From NCBI GenBank assembly GCA_951406725.2, contig CATOCA020000002.1:248001-312000 (forward strand): DNA of 64,000 nt, read 5' to 3'. Positions within the stretch are counted from its first letter, which is position 1; every line of letters starts with the position of its first letter. Under the pieces are notes generated by a model, which saw only the letters and a list, made by a program, of their open reading frames with translations, did no database searches and was not told where the DNA came from. The translations under genes were made by a program, and so were the position numbers. This stretch comes from Octopus vulgaris. Its lineage: Eukaryota. Positions 48,730 through 61,803 of this stretch are shown one piece after another.

Positions 48730-51082
48730 TGTTGGTGGAACAATACCATAGACAGGGCCATCAGAGCAGAGAAACAGGCCTGGAAGAGCGGGGGTAGCAG
48801 GGGACTGTATGAGATAGCCAAAAGAGAAGCAAGTAGACAGGTATATGTAGCCAAAGGAGCAGCAGAAAAGAAGTGTGCCAATGTTCAGCGATGTAAGGAC
48901 CAAAGAACTGAAATATTTTGGATTGTAGGACAGCATGTAAGAAAACAGTGATGCCATAGGAGAGAAATGTGTCCTTATCGATGATTGTGCCCTTGTGTTT
49001 AATGATTCTGCAAATAAAGAGGCTTGGAGAGGCCATTATGAAAGATTGCTGAATGTGGAGAATGAATGGGAGGAGGTGAGTCAGCCAAAAGTTGACCCAA
49101 CTGGGGGAACAGTTACCTGAATTGACATAAAGCAATTAAGGATACGAAGACAGGGAAAGTACCTGGCTCATTAAGAATCACCACTGAGATGCTTAAAATA
49201 TCGGGCAGTGTGGGTTATGGTCTTGTCATCTGCATTATAAATTAGGTGGTTTATGAAGGAGTCATATACAATGACTGGTGTAGCAGTACCTTAGTCAACT
49301 GCTACAAAGGTAAAAGTGATTCTTAGATAGAAATAACTATAGGGATATCAAATTGTTGGATCATGTGATGAAAGTTACAGAGAGGGTCATAGCCCAATTA
49401 ATTAGGGAGAGAGTTAGCCAAGATGAGATGCAGTTTGGTTCTATGCCAGGCAGAAGCACCACTGATGCTATATTTCTGGTAAGGCAACTGCAAGAGAAAT
49501 ATCTAGTCAAAGACAAACCTTTGTACTTGGCTTTTACTGACTTGGGGAAAGCCTTTCACAGGGTCCTTAGATCTCTTTTCTGGTGGGCAATGCAGAAACT
49601 AGGGATTGACAAGTGGTTGGTAAGAGGTGTATAAGCCGTGTACAGGGATGTTGTCAGTAAGGTGAAGGTTGGCAATGAGTATGGTGAAGAATTCCAGGAA
49701 AACTAGGGATTCACCAAGGATCAGTCCTCAACCCCTCTTATTCATCATAGTCTTCCAGGCAATAACAGAGGAAACCAAAACAAGATGCCTCTGGGACCTC
49801 CTCTATGCTGATGACCTTGCTCTACTAGCCGAGTCACTACCATAACTAGAGGCGAAGTTTAGGGTGTGGAAGCAAAATCTAGAATCAAAGGGACTTAGGG
49901 TTAACCTAGCAAAAACCAAAGTTTTAGTAAATAGAAAGACTAACAAATCACACACTCCTTCAGGTAGATGGCCCAGCTTGATCTGTAGAAAAGGCATGAT
50001 TAGAAACTCCATACGATGTACCCTGTGTATGCTATGGACACATAAAAGGTGCAACAACATCAAAGGCAGGTTAACTGGGAAGATAGGTTTTGTGCGTGAC
50101 ATATGCAAAGAAGCAATTAACACTGAAGATGTACAGATAAACAGATTCCATCACATGCCAGGGGAAAAAAACTAGAAGTAGGTGATAGCTTGCACTAACT
50201 AGGTGACCAAGTCTGAAGTGGTAGGTGGCTGCTCTGAGAGTGTATGGCCTAGAATAAGAATAGGTTGGGTAATGCTCAGTAAGCTCCAACCTCTGCTGGC
50301 AAATAAGGGCCTCTCACTCAGGATGAAAAGTAGACTGTATGAAGCATGTGTGTGAACTGCCATGCTACACAGCAGTTAAACATGGGCCATGACTGGCGAG
50401 GACATGCATAGGCCTGAAAGAAAGGAAGCTAGTAAGATCTGCTGGATGTGTAATGTTAGTGTGCAAACACGAGAGAGTGTGAGCACCCTGAGAGAAAAAT
50501 TGGACATAAGAAGCATCAAACATGGTGTGCAAGAGAGACGACTGCACTGGCATGGTCATGTATTACATGTGGATGAGGAGAGCTGTGTGAGGAAGTGTCA
50601 CATCCTAACTATGAAAGGAACTTATGGAAGAGGAAGATCCAGGGAGACATGGAATGATGTAAAGCATGACCTCCGAACATTGGGCCTCACAAAGGCAATG
50701 ACAGGAAATCGAGTCCTTTGGAGATATGCTGTGAATGAGAAAACCCAGCAACTAAAGTGGGATTGTAGCCATAGCCGATACCAGTGTTGCATGGCCGACT
50801 AATTTAAGTGTACTATTGATGTGTCAGGCGATATGATATGCTTGAGTCAAGTAAAACCAAAATCATAGCTGTGGTGAGTGCCCGCCTCACTGGCTCCTGT
50901 GCCGGTGAAACATAAAAAGTACCCACTACACTCTCGGAGTGGTTGTCTTTAGGAAGGGCATCCAGCTGTAGCAACGTTGTCATATCAGATCGGAGCCTGG
51001 TGCAGCTGCTGGTTCTCCAGACCACAGTCAAACCTTCCAAAGCATGCCAGAGTAGAAAACAAACATTAGACAATGATGATTA
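48730..51082 (+). mobile_element. Decayed RTE LINE (RT, PHD finger, 3' UTR)
   Basis: QFGSMPGRSTTDAIFLVRQLQEKY, LYADD, WTHKRC, RRLHWHGHV. Confidence 0.9.
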
Positions 51083-51571
51083 TGTGAGTAGGAAACTGGA
51101 ATGGAACACTAGCACACACCACAACATATGACAGAAGAGGATCCCCATAAACTGCTTACAATATAAACAAAACTGAAAACATAATAAAATAAAATACACA
51201 GATAAACAAATGGAAATAAATAACTATATACATTTTTTTATATATATATTTTTTATTTATTTTTTAAAAATTATTATTATTACTATTATTGTTGTTATAC
51301 AGACATAATAATAATAATAATAATAATAATAATATTAATAATAAGTGGGTGTAAACACGAACAAAATAAGAATAAACAAAAACAAATTACATGAACGTAT
51401 ATAAACAGAAGAATTAAATATTACAGGCATTCCCCCCCCCACACACACACTAACTAAACATAGACGCACATAAAGATATATGCATGCGCAAATGAAGACA
51501 CATACAATAGAAATACAAAATGGCTGACGGTTAGTAAGGAGAGACACACAAATAAGAAAGAAGAAAGCAAA

Positions 51572-51616
51572 GGACCACTGATGCAGTTACAGGAGTGTGA
51601 CGAAAGAACTCTGGCC
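51572..51616 (+). ncRNA. Hammerhead-like motif (extra-A type, decayed)
   Basis: GGACCA-CTGATGCA-GTTAC-AGGAGT-GTGAC-GAAA-GAAC-TC-TGGCC. Confidence 0.5.
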
Positions 51617-51987
51617 GAAATACGATTAAGATTAATGTAAATAATAAATAACGCTGAAGCAAAGTAACACCAAATATATAGTGTGTGTGATTTTATTGGC
51701 TAAACTGGCAAAATGACCAATCCTAAATACAACAATATCTGTTTCAACACACGATTTCACATCAAAAATTTTGCACAACAAATATATATATATAATACAA
51801 ATAAGAAAATGGAGAAACAAATTTAGTTTGTTCATCAACTTTGGGATATTAGAATGTTGGATTATTTCTTCATTTAGCAAAATGAGAACCTCAAGAGCAT
51901 ACATATATATCTTATAATTCAATACATATAAGAGAAGAATACAAATTATAAAAATCATAATATAAACTATTGAAATCATTAGAATCA

Positions 51988-52109
51988 CTTCTTACAGCTG
52001 TTTCAGCCAATGGCTAAAATTAGTTATTTTTATATTTATTGCCTATAGTTGTCAACATAATGAGGTTGTAGGGTACTTATATATATAACCATAGGCCTCG
52101 TCAGAGGTT
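51988..52109 (-). ncRNA. Hammerhead motif with long helix II and ~70-nt loop; helix I weak
   Basis: Minus strand CTGACGA-GGCCTATGGTTA...TAGCCATTGGCT-GAAAC-AGCT-GTA. Confidence 0.65.
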
Positions 52110-52118
52110 ATAGGGAAC

Positions 52119-52159
<41 letters not shown>

Positions 52160-52161
<2 letters not shown>

Positions 52162-55036
52162 TCATCATCATCATCGTTTAACGTCCGTTCTCCATGCTAG
52201 CATGGGTTGGACGGTTCGACCGGGGATCTGGGAAGCCAGAAGGCTGCACCAGGCTCCGGACTTATCTGGCAATGTTTCTACAGCTGGATGCCCATCCTAA
52301 CGCCAACTACTCCGTGAGTGTAGTGGGTGCTTTTTACGTGCCACCTGCACTGGTGCCAGGCGAGGCTGGCATCGGCCACGGTCGGATTGGTGCATTTTAC
52401 GTGCCACCTGCACGGAAGCCAGTCGAGGCAGCACTGGCTTCGGCCACGATTCGGATGGTGCTTTTTACGTGCCACTCACACGGAAGCCATTCAAGGCGGC
52501 GCTGGCATCGGCCACGATTCGGATAGTGCTTTTTACGTATCTCCAGTCCAGGGGTCCTGGCATCTGCCGAGTGCCAGTCATAGGATTGGTTCAATTTCGA
52601 TTCCGATTTCACTTGCCCCAACAGGTCTTCGCAAGCATAGGTGCCTGTCGTCGGATGAGGTTCGATATCGACTTCGCTTGCCTCAACAGGTCTTTGTGTG
52701 TCCAAGGGAGGAAAGGCATGCATAAGTGGGCTGGACTCACTTGTCCTGCCTGGTCTTTTCAGGCACAGCATATTTCCAAAGGTCTCGGTCGCTGGTCATT
52801 TCCTCAGTGAGACCTAAAGTTCGAAGGTCGTGCTTCACCACCTCGTCCCAAGTTTTCCTGGGTCTACCTCTTCCACGGGTTCCCTCCACTGTTAGGGATT
52901 GGCACTTTTTCACACACCTATCTTCATCCATTCTCGCCACATGACCATACCAGCGCAATCGTCTCTCTTGCACACCACAACTGATGCTCCTTAGGTCCAA
53001 CATTTCTCTCAGGGTACTAACGCTCTGTCGAGCATGCACACTGACATTACACATCCATCGGAGCATACTGGCTTCATTTCTCGCGAGCTTACGCATGTCC
53101 TCAGCAGTCACGGCCCATGTTTCACTGCCATGTAGCATGGCTGTTCGTACACATGCATCATACAGTCTGCCTTTTACTCTGAGCGAGAGGCCTTTAGTCA
53201 CCAGCAGAGGTAAGAGCTCCCTAAACTTTGCCCAGGTTATTCTTACTCTAGCCATTACACTTTCAGCACACCCACCCCCACTACTGACTTGGTCACCAAG
53301 ATAACGGAAGCTATCAACTACTTCTAGTTTTTCTCCCTGGACATTTTCTCCCCTGCACATTTTCAGAGGTTAATGCTCCCGAGCATCTGCCACATACAAA
53401 AACCATCTTCCTAGTTAGCCTTCCTATGACATTGCTGCACCTCTTATGTGTCCATAGGTAATGGAAGCTATCAACTACTTCTAGTTTTTCTCCCTGGAAT
53501 GTGGTGGAAGTTGTTCTCTGCACATTTTCAGTGTTTATTGCTCCTGAGCATCTGCCACATACAAAAACTGTCTTCCCAGTTAGCCTTCCTTTGATATTGC
53601 TGCACCTCTTATAGGTACATCTTATAGAGTTTCTACCTACACCTCTTCTACAGATTGAGCAGGGCCATCTCCCTGACGGGATTTGTGGTTTGCCTGCTTT
53701 CCTACTTATTAGGACTTTGTTTTTGCTAGGCTGACTCTAAGGCCGTTCAATTCTAATCCTTGTTTCCACACCTGAAACTTCTCAAGTTCTGATAGTGACT
53801 CAGCAATTAGAGCAAGGTCGTCAGCATAGAGGAGCTCCTGGGGGCATCCTGTCTTGAATTCCTCTGTTATTGCCTGGAGGACTATAATAAATAGGAGGGG
53901 GCTGAGGACTGAGCCTTGGTGGACCCCTACCTCTACCTGGAATTCTTCACTGCACTTGTTACCAACCCTCACCTTACTCACAGCGTCCCTGCACATGGCT
54001 TGCACAGCTCTCACTAACCATTCACCTATCCCTAGTTTCCTCATTGACTTACCAGAGAAGGGATCGAGGGACCCTGTCAAAGGCTTTCTCCATGTCAATA
54101 AAAGCCAGGTACAGTGGTTTATCTTGGGCTAGGTATTTCTCCTGCAGCTGTCTTACCAGAAATAGAGCATCAGTGTTGCTCTTCCCTGGCATGAACCCAA
54201 ACTGCATCTCATCTAAACTGACTCTCTCCCTAATTAGTTGGGCTATGACTCTCTCCGTGACCTTCATTACCTGATCCAACAACTTGATACCTCTGTAATT
54301 ATGTGTATCTAAAGCGTCACCATTACCTTTGTATCAGTTGGCTATAGTGCTGCTACACCAGTCATTGGGTATGACTTCTTCGTGTATCAGCTGGTTAAAT
54401 ATACAGGTGACTAGGCTATAGCCAACATTACCAGATATTTTGAGCATCTCTGCAGTGATTCCTGGTGGGCCAGGAGCTTTCCCCTCTCTTCATACTCTTA
54501 ATTGCTTTATCCACCAAAGTACTGTCAACTCGGATAGCAGGTCCCTCTGTTGTGTCGACATTCGGCAGACTCTCTTTCTTCCATTCATTTTCCTTATTCA
54601 GCAACATTTCATAGTGGCATCTCCAAACCTCTCTTTGCAGCTTCGTTTAGTGCAAGTGAACCATCATCCATGCGAACACATTTCTCTCTAACGACATCAT
54701 GAAACACCTCAAGTCTTTGGTCCTCAAGGCACAGAACATTGGCAAATTTTTTCTTAACTGCTTCCCCTCTGGCTAAATAAACCTGCCTCCTAGCTTCCCT
54801 TCTGGCAGTCTGATACACTTCCCTGCTGCCACCGTTCTTCCAGTCCTTCCAAACCTGTTTCTTTTGTCTAATAGCCCTGTCAACAATATTCTTCCACCAC
54901 TATGTTATTTTGGGTCAAGGGGGGACTTTGCACCATCCACAGATCTGGTCAGTGGCCCTCAGCTGGTTGTCCCGTAGAAACCTCCAGTTGTTTTCTACAT
55001 CGTGTGAAGCTATATCCCTTTCTATTTCGTCAGTAA
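52160..55036 (-). mobile_element. Decayed RTE LINE (continues at 57925-58205 beyond a Helitron insertion)
   Basis: HQGSVLSPLLF, LLYADDL, EKLEVVDSFRYLGD, RGRPRKTW; (CAT)n tail at 52160. Confidence 0.92.
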
Positions 55037-57924
55037 TCTCTCTATATATAAAACTGAGAATGTGTGTCTTTTTGTCTGTGTGTTTCCCTAAAACTTGAGA
55101 ACTACACAACCACTTTCATTCAAATTTTACACATGCCTTACTTAAGGTCCGGGGAGTGTCATCGGCAAAAATAATCTTAACTTTTTCCCTAGGGCGACCC
55201 CACAGCAATATCATATCTTCTCCACTATTTCAGTATTACGTGTTAAAAGTGAAACAAAAACATCTCTCTTTTGTAATGCAGACACTTTCACTTTAATACT
55301 GAAACTATTAAAGTGAAAGTATTATATAACAGGGATGAACCATTAACAGTAGTCATCCATTTTGCAAGAAGAAGATCCGCTATGGTCTTATATGCTACAC
55401 CACTGGTTTTCAATTCATATTAATCAAATAATTATTCAATTTTTCACCCTTATTATGTGTGTGTGTGTGTATTAGCAATTCGTATAAAATTGCATCAATG
55501 ACTTGAACTTGAATAAGTGGTTTCACATAAATGGGGATAAATTAAAAAGGTTTGTTGTTATTATTATTACTGTTTGACTATTGTAATCACGTTTGTTGGT
55601 TCCTCGTCAGGGAAACGTTGTGTTGCATTTGTTAAATAATTGTAAACCGTAACCCTCCCCCTTGGTTATTGTTTAAAAATTGAATTGTGTCCCTATTTGG
55701 GGAAATTGACAATATTTTCACCATCTTTATGGAAGCATTTTTCTTAAAATGCCTTCGATAGAAGAAAGTGCAAAAATGAATTTCGCTGCAGCCGTACACT
55801 TCTATACAAGAGGGAGGACAAGATCCAATTGATCGAAATTGCAAGAGATGGGCCTACAATTCCAGTCTGTTATATATTTTGAGTATTGTTATTGCTACCT
55901 TCGTCTACTACTTCATGAGGTCAGAGGGCCAACATCTTTCCAGGCCCTAAAAACCGTTCATGGACATGTCTGCACAACATACAGAGAAGCCTGCTATCAA
56001 CAAGGTCTGTTAGAAGATGGTGCACAATAGGATGCAACTTTAGGAGAGGCTGCTTTATCACAATCACCTAAAAGTCTCAGGGAACTATTTGCAGAATTAC
56101 TACAGGCATGCAAACTGTGTGATCCGGCCACTCTATGCCTCAAATATAGAGACAACCTGGCTTTGGACTTTCAGCGCCAAGCTCAACTGCTCTATCCTGA
56201 CATGGAGGGTATCAGCAATGAAATCTATAACAAAACACTCATTGACGTTGAAGATAGAATTGCTAAACTGGGTGGAAATGAACTGTCAATGTATGGCCTG
56301 CCACAAGCATTCAGGTCAGGGTCAAATAGCCTTCCCACTGTTGTCATTCGTGAAACAACCTACGACACTCAAGCACTTTCAAAGTACGTTGTTGAAAATG
56401 AGCCTAAATTACTTCCGGACCAGCTGCAGGCCTACAGAACTATTCTTAACAGTGTACGCCAATGCGAGGGACAAATCTTCTTCCTCGATTCTCCTGAAGG
56501 GACAGGAAAAACATTTATTACAAAGCTTCTCCTTGCAGAAGTTAGCCAGCATCAGGACATTGCAGTAGCTGTAGCCTCCGCTGGCATTGCAGCTACGTTA
56601 TTACCCGGTGGTAGGACACTCAACTTTTAAACTCCCTCTCAATTTAGCAGCATCCGAAATGCCTTCATGTAACATCAACAAAAGCTCAGATCAGGGACAA
56701 GTACTTAAAATGTGTCATCTAATTGTCTGGGATGAGTGCACTATGGCTCACAAGGGAGCTTTGGAAGCATTAGATAGAGCCCTGAAAGACATCCGAGACT
56801 GTCAGGCTCCAATGGGAGGGGTAAACGCTTCTGTTGTCAGGTATTTCAGGCAAACTCTTCCTGTCATTCTGAAAGGCACTAGAGCAGATGAAGTCCAAGC
56901 ATGCCTAAAGTCCTCTACCCTGTGGCATCATGTTACAATCCTCAGTCTCACCACTAACATGAGAGCTCAGCTACACGGTGACAAAATGTCCACAAAGTTT
57001 GCACAGGACATTTTGACACTTGGTGAAGGCAAGATGCCTCTCGATGCTGCAGGGCAAATGTAAGTGTGGTCATTTTCCTCTTTTGTTAATTCTGTAGATG
57101 ACCTCAAAAACAAAGTCTTTCCCAACTTCACACAAAACTACCAAAATCACAATTGGCTGTGTGAAAGAGCAATATAAGCTCCAAAAAACGCCGCTAACAA
57201 AGTTAATCAACAGCTAATGCATTCTCTTCCCGGCACTATAAACACTTACAAGTCTGTTGATACAATTCCAGATATAAATGAAGTTGTGAACTATCCTCCT
57301 GAATTTCTCGATTCACTGGAGCCTCCTGGACTACCTCCACATATATTAGCACTTAAAGTTGGAACTCCTGTAATGCTACTCCACAATCTGGAACCACCAA
57401 GACTTTGCAATGGAACACGACTGGTGATAAAGAAAATGATGTCACACGTTATCGAGGCGATCATTCTTTCTGGATGTGGAAAAGGTGATGACGTCTTTAT
57501 TCCAAGAATTCCTCTTACTCCATCAGGAGCAGAAATTCCATTTACATTCAGAAGACTGCAATTCCCCCTTCGAGTCAGCTTTGCCATGTCCATTAACAAA
57601 TCTCAGGGTCAAACCCTCTCTGTAGCTGGTCTTCTCTTGGAAGAGCCCTGCTTCTCGCATGGGCAACTGTATGTTGGCTGCTCAAGAGTAGGAACCAAAA
57701 GAAACCTTTTTGTATATGCTCCACAAGGAAAAACAAGGAACATTGTTTACGAGGTGTTATAATCTCAACAGCCAGGAGGTACATACATGATCCCTTTTTT
57801 TTTACAAACTTCATGTACTTTCATGTATTTATATTAATATACATATATATGTGTGGGTGTGTGTGTGTCTCCATATATATATAACAGAAAAGTCTAATTC
57901 TTCAATTGAATGTATCTCTGCTAG
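55037..57924 (+). mobile_element. Internally deleted Helitron with PIF1 helicase pseudogene, inserted at A|T inside the RTE LINE
   Basis: 5' A|TC, 3' CTAG|T, no TSD; flanks rejoin as RTE sequence (CAGTAA|TATGTC). Confidence 0.92.
55890..57762 (+). pseudogene. Helitron RepHel C-terminal part, PIF1-family helicase (frameshifted)
   Basis: LRLLLHEVRGPTSF, EGTGKTF, IVWDECTM, FRQTLPV, LCNGTRL, RLQFPLRVSFAMSINKSQGQTL, FSHGQLYVGCSRV. Confidence 0.92.
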
Positions 57925-58205
57925 TATGTCTCTAAATTTCTGTCCATTTGCAAGATCTTTAATCTTCCAACCCCTTCTGCTCCATGCTGATCACCTTCTG
58001 GGCATCCACTTAGCCCTGATCCTGAAGTCACTAACTACCAGTCTATGTTGTGGGGTTCATTCTTTGCCTGGGAAGGTTTTGGCATTTATAAGCAGGCATC
58101 ATTCCCTTTTTCTGGTGAGGATGTAGTCACTTTGACTAGTGTGTCTACCAGAACAGTAGGTGACTGACAGGTTTTCAGAAGTTAGTATTGCAAACCATAA
58201 GATCA
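57925..58205 (-). mobile_element. RTE LINE endonuclease C-terminal fragment (5' part of the 52160 copy)
   Basis: Minus strand DYILTRK...QHRLVVSDFR, homologous to 20190-20370. Confidence 0.8.
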
Positions 58206-58247
58206 TATATATATAGCGGTGTACATCCACTTTGCTCTCTCTCTCTT

Positions 58248-58281
<34 letters not shown>

Positions 58282-58979
58282 AAACTGAAAATGTGTGTCT
58301 GTCTGTCTGTATGTTTCCCTAAAACTTGAGAACTACACAACCAATTTCATTCAAATTTTACACATGCCTTACTTAGGGTCCATGTAGTTTCATGGGCAAA
58401 AAAAAAATGTTCAACTTCTTGCCTAGGGCGAGCCCATAGTAATCTCATATCTTCTCCACTATTTCAGTATTACTTGTTAAAAGTGAAACAAAAACATCTC
58501 TCTATTTTGTCAGATACTTTCACTTTAACAATAAAAATTAGAGATAATAATAACAATTGAATTATATGTAGTAAGTAATAATTAAAATCAAACTAAAGTA
58601 TAATATAATAATTAAATCATAACATAGCAATTAAAAGTAAAAATATCAATTGGTATAAAATTGCATCAATGACTTGAACAAGTTGTTTCACATGAATGGA
58701 AATAAATTAAAAATAAAATTGATGTGCAAAAATGGAATAGTCCAGATGGAGCTGTGCACATACCGTTTACCACGGCTTTTACATTAGATTATCTGCTAAT
58801 TAGCTAGCATTAGCTAATTAGCTAGCATATATGAAGTTTGGCCGTAGTCGTTTTTTGGAACCTGTGTGTAATTGCTTTGCCTGTTATTGTTTATTAAATT
58901 TTGTTAAACGGTATTGTTGAATTTTGTCTGTATTGAGACAAACAAGGAAAAAACGGTTTGCCCCTCCCTAAGGGAGAAA

Positions 58980-60216
58980 ATGGCAAGGAAAAATGTTTTT
59001 ACAAGCCTCAGTGAGTCAGACCTGTCGACCTCTGAGGAGGAACTGGAAAAGGCAGTGAGGAAATTGGGCAGAGCACTCGGAGAAAACCAACATACGCACG
59101 AGCAACGAAGTCAACGGAAAAAGAGATAGACCTGGCTAAGTTGCCAGGTTATCAAGAATTTGTTACGAAGGTCAGCGGTGAAGTTGAATTGTAGCCGCCA
59201 AGGAAAAAAGAGACTGGTATGAGAAGAGGACCATTACGTATAGAGTATTCGCCAATGAAAAAAGGAGAATAGAGTTGGTCGGCATGGAAATGGTAGAGGA
59301 AGCTCTGAGAATGACTGAAGAGGAGGTAGCGTTTCTCGCAAGAGGTGTTGGGTTCGGCACCGTGGTTGTACAATTTAAAACCGAAAAAGTGGCAAGGAGA
59401 ATGGCGGCGAAAACAATAAAGTCGGAGAAGGTATTCCTTCTGCCCTCGTATCTGGGAAGGAGGACAACCCGGATCAGGGTGGAGGGAATACCACCAGACA
59501 TAGACGAAGAGTGGATTGTGGCAGCCATCATCAGTGCTAATGAAGATAAGGTGGACATTCTTCATGCCACGGTGAAGGACGAGGGAGGATGGAGAGGAGC
59601 AGTACTGGAGATGAATGTCCAGGCAGAATCGGAGGTGTTGGAACGACTGGCCAAGAATATAACAATGAGGAACATCATTATGAGAGTATGGGTGGAGGGC
59701 AGAGCTCCTCGTTGTTACAAATGCGGCTTGAAGGGCCACATAAAAGCTAACTGTCCTCCCCCAACAAAAAAACAAAGAAAAGAACCAGCAAGAGAGGTAG
59801 AGGAGCCCCAGGAGGAGCAGAATACAATGGAAGAGAAGCAAGTGGACGAGGAGGAATTACCAGCAGAATGGGAATCTATGGGAAGAAGGAGGAAGAGAAG
59901 GAGAAAAAAGGCAAACTGTTCTGAACACCAACCCACCCCATCACCATCCGCACCCTTTGTGGCCCACCCTTCCCCTGCAGACACTGAACCCACCCGCTCC
60001 CCACCAACAAGAAAACAAAAAAAGATAACAGAGACACACAGGATAACTTTAAAAAATTCTCGTCCCCATATATTAGGTGTAATAAACAAGGAAGAAATAT
60101 GTGAAATATTGAGGGACTGGGGAAAGGTGGAATTGCAAGACAGCTGGGATATGGCGGGGTTGGTGTATGTAGTAATATCAGAGGACCAAGAAAAAGAACT
60201 CAAGGAAAAACTTTAA
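58980..60216 (+). pseudogene. L1/Tx1-type ORF1 (gag-like, zinc knuckle), 5' part frameshifted; open 59275-60216
   Basis: TRIRVEGIPPDI...VWVEGRAPRCYKCGLKGHIKANCP (CX2CX4HX4C), then acidic and basic low-complexity tail; AATAAA at ~60476. Confidence 0.75.
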
Positions 60217-60989
60217 AAAAGTTATAAATTGATTAGGAAAACAATTGAACCGGATAAGAGATATGAACTGGAAGAAATATATGGGATGAAACTGGAGGAC
60301 TACATGTTTTCATACCGATATAGGGAAGAAGGACAGGTAAGTGATGTTATCGGATGGGGCCGTTAACATCGCTCTCATTTCTCATTTTCACAAGTTTTCA
60401 TCTTTCACACGTTTCTGTATTTTGTGATGTCCCCAATGTTTGTAATGTGTCCCTCTATGTAAGCCCTTTATGGGTAATAAAATATAAGTAATGTCTGTTT
60501 TCTCGAACATACGCTTCTACTGAGTACTTGCTTTTGATTTATTTCTTATCCATAAAGGACTATAGCTTCTACTGAGTACTACTTTTTGATTCACTGTAAG
60601 GTTTGTTGTTATTATTATTACTGTTTAACTATTGTTATCACGTTTGTTGGTTCCTTGTAAGGGAAGCATCGTTGTGTTGCATTTGTTAAATAATTGTAAA
60701 CCGTAACCCTTCCCCTTTGGGAGAAGCAGCTTTGGTTATTGTTTAAAAATTGAATTGTGTCCCTGTTTGGGGAAATTGACAATATTTTCACCGTTTATAC
60801 GGAAGAATTTTTGTTAAAATGTCTTCGATAGAAGAAAGTCCAAAAATTAATTTCACTGCAGCCGTTGGTGGGCGTGAACTCATTAAAATTAAAATGGAAG
60901 AAATACAAACCTATTTCGGAATGATCACCGACAAAGACGGTGAATCTAGGATAACATCACCAACCGAAATATAAAATTAAATTAAAGAA

Positions 60990-61340
60990 AAGACTATTGT
61001 CTATAAAGTATACAATGTAGAGAAAAAAAATTTGAACACCTGGAGGAAAGCACCATCGAAAAGTGTCTTGGTGTGACTATGAAAGATATCAAGTATCTAA
61101 CCAGAGGCGGTAAATTCGCCACAATAGAAGCAAGGTTCAAATCAACAGAGCGTGCAAGGGAGTACTCGACTCGAACCTTGCAAAGTGGAAATATATTATT
61201 TCTACCTTTATATCTGGGATGTGGGACGTCCCGGATAAAAATTAATAATGTCCCCCCAAAAGTAGAGATAGGCTGGATTGTAGCCACACTTCTATACAAG
61301 TGGGAGGACAAGATACAATTGATCGAAATTGCAAGAGACG
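60990..61340 (+). pseudogene. Diverged, truncated paralogue of the ORF1 at 59275
   Basis: KYLTRGGKFATIEARFK...LFLPLYLGCGTSRIKINNVPPKVEIGWIVA aligns to AFLARGVGFGTVVVQFK...FLLPSYLGRRTTRIRVEGIPPDIDEEWIVA. Confidence 0.75.
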
Positions 61341-61803
61341 GGCCTACAATTCCAGTCTGTTATACATTTTGAATATAGTTATCACTAGTGATATCAAGAT
61401 ATAACTTTGTATTTTGTATTTTATGTGTAGATGTATATATATAGCTGTACATGTAATATGTACACATATATATACTCATATATACATGCACTAGCACTAT
61501 GACCCGGCAACAACGGGTCATAATGCTAGTGTATATATATATATATAATGTGTGTATATATATAGATATATATAATATATACAAATAAATTATATATATA
61601 CATATATAATTGTTTTTTTATCAATATTATTTGGATTTTGTATTATAATGTCTTCATAGTAAATTGTTCATTTGTTATCCTATTTTTCTTACTTTTCTTT
61701 AATTCATGAAGCTTAATTATTTTCCGTATTTTTCATTAATAAATAGTTTTTGTCATTTTGATAATTTATTCTATTTGTTTACACAACGTCTTCACGCGTT
61801 TAA

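Larger units (their letters stand above)
58258..61529 (+). mobile_element. Non-autonomous Helitron carrying two LINE ORF1-like sequences
   Basis: Head matches 55037; segments shared with 55480-55880; 3' hairpin GACCCG-GCAACAA-CGGGTC then CTAG|T. Confidence 0.85.

Noticed and set aside
52325-52560. Regularly spaced GGTGCTTTTTACGTGCCAC motifs resembling a CRISPR array
   Set aside because: Degenerate tandem subrepeats of the RTE 3' UTR; spacers are related to each other; eukaryotic context, no cas genes
55890-57762. Host PIF1 helicase gene
   Set aside because: Intronless, frameshifted and bounded by Helitron TC...CTAG termini
59152-60203. Minus-strand ORFs of 229, 128 and 162 aa
   Set aside because: Antisense shadows of the purine-rich ORF1
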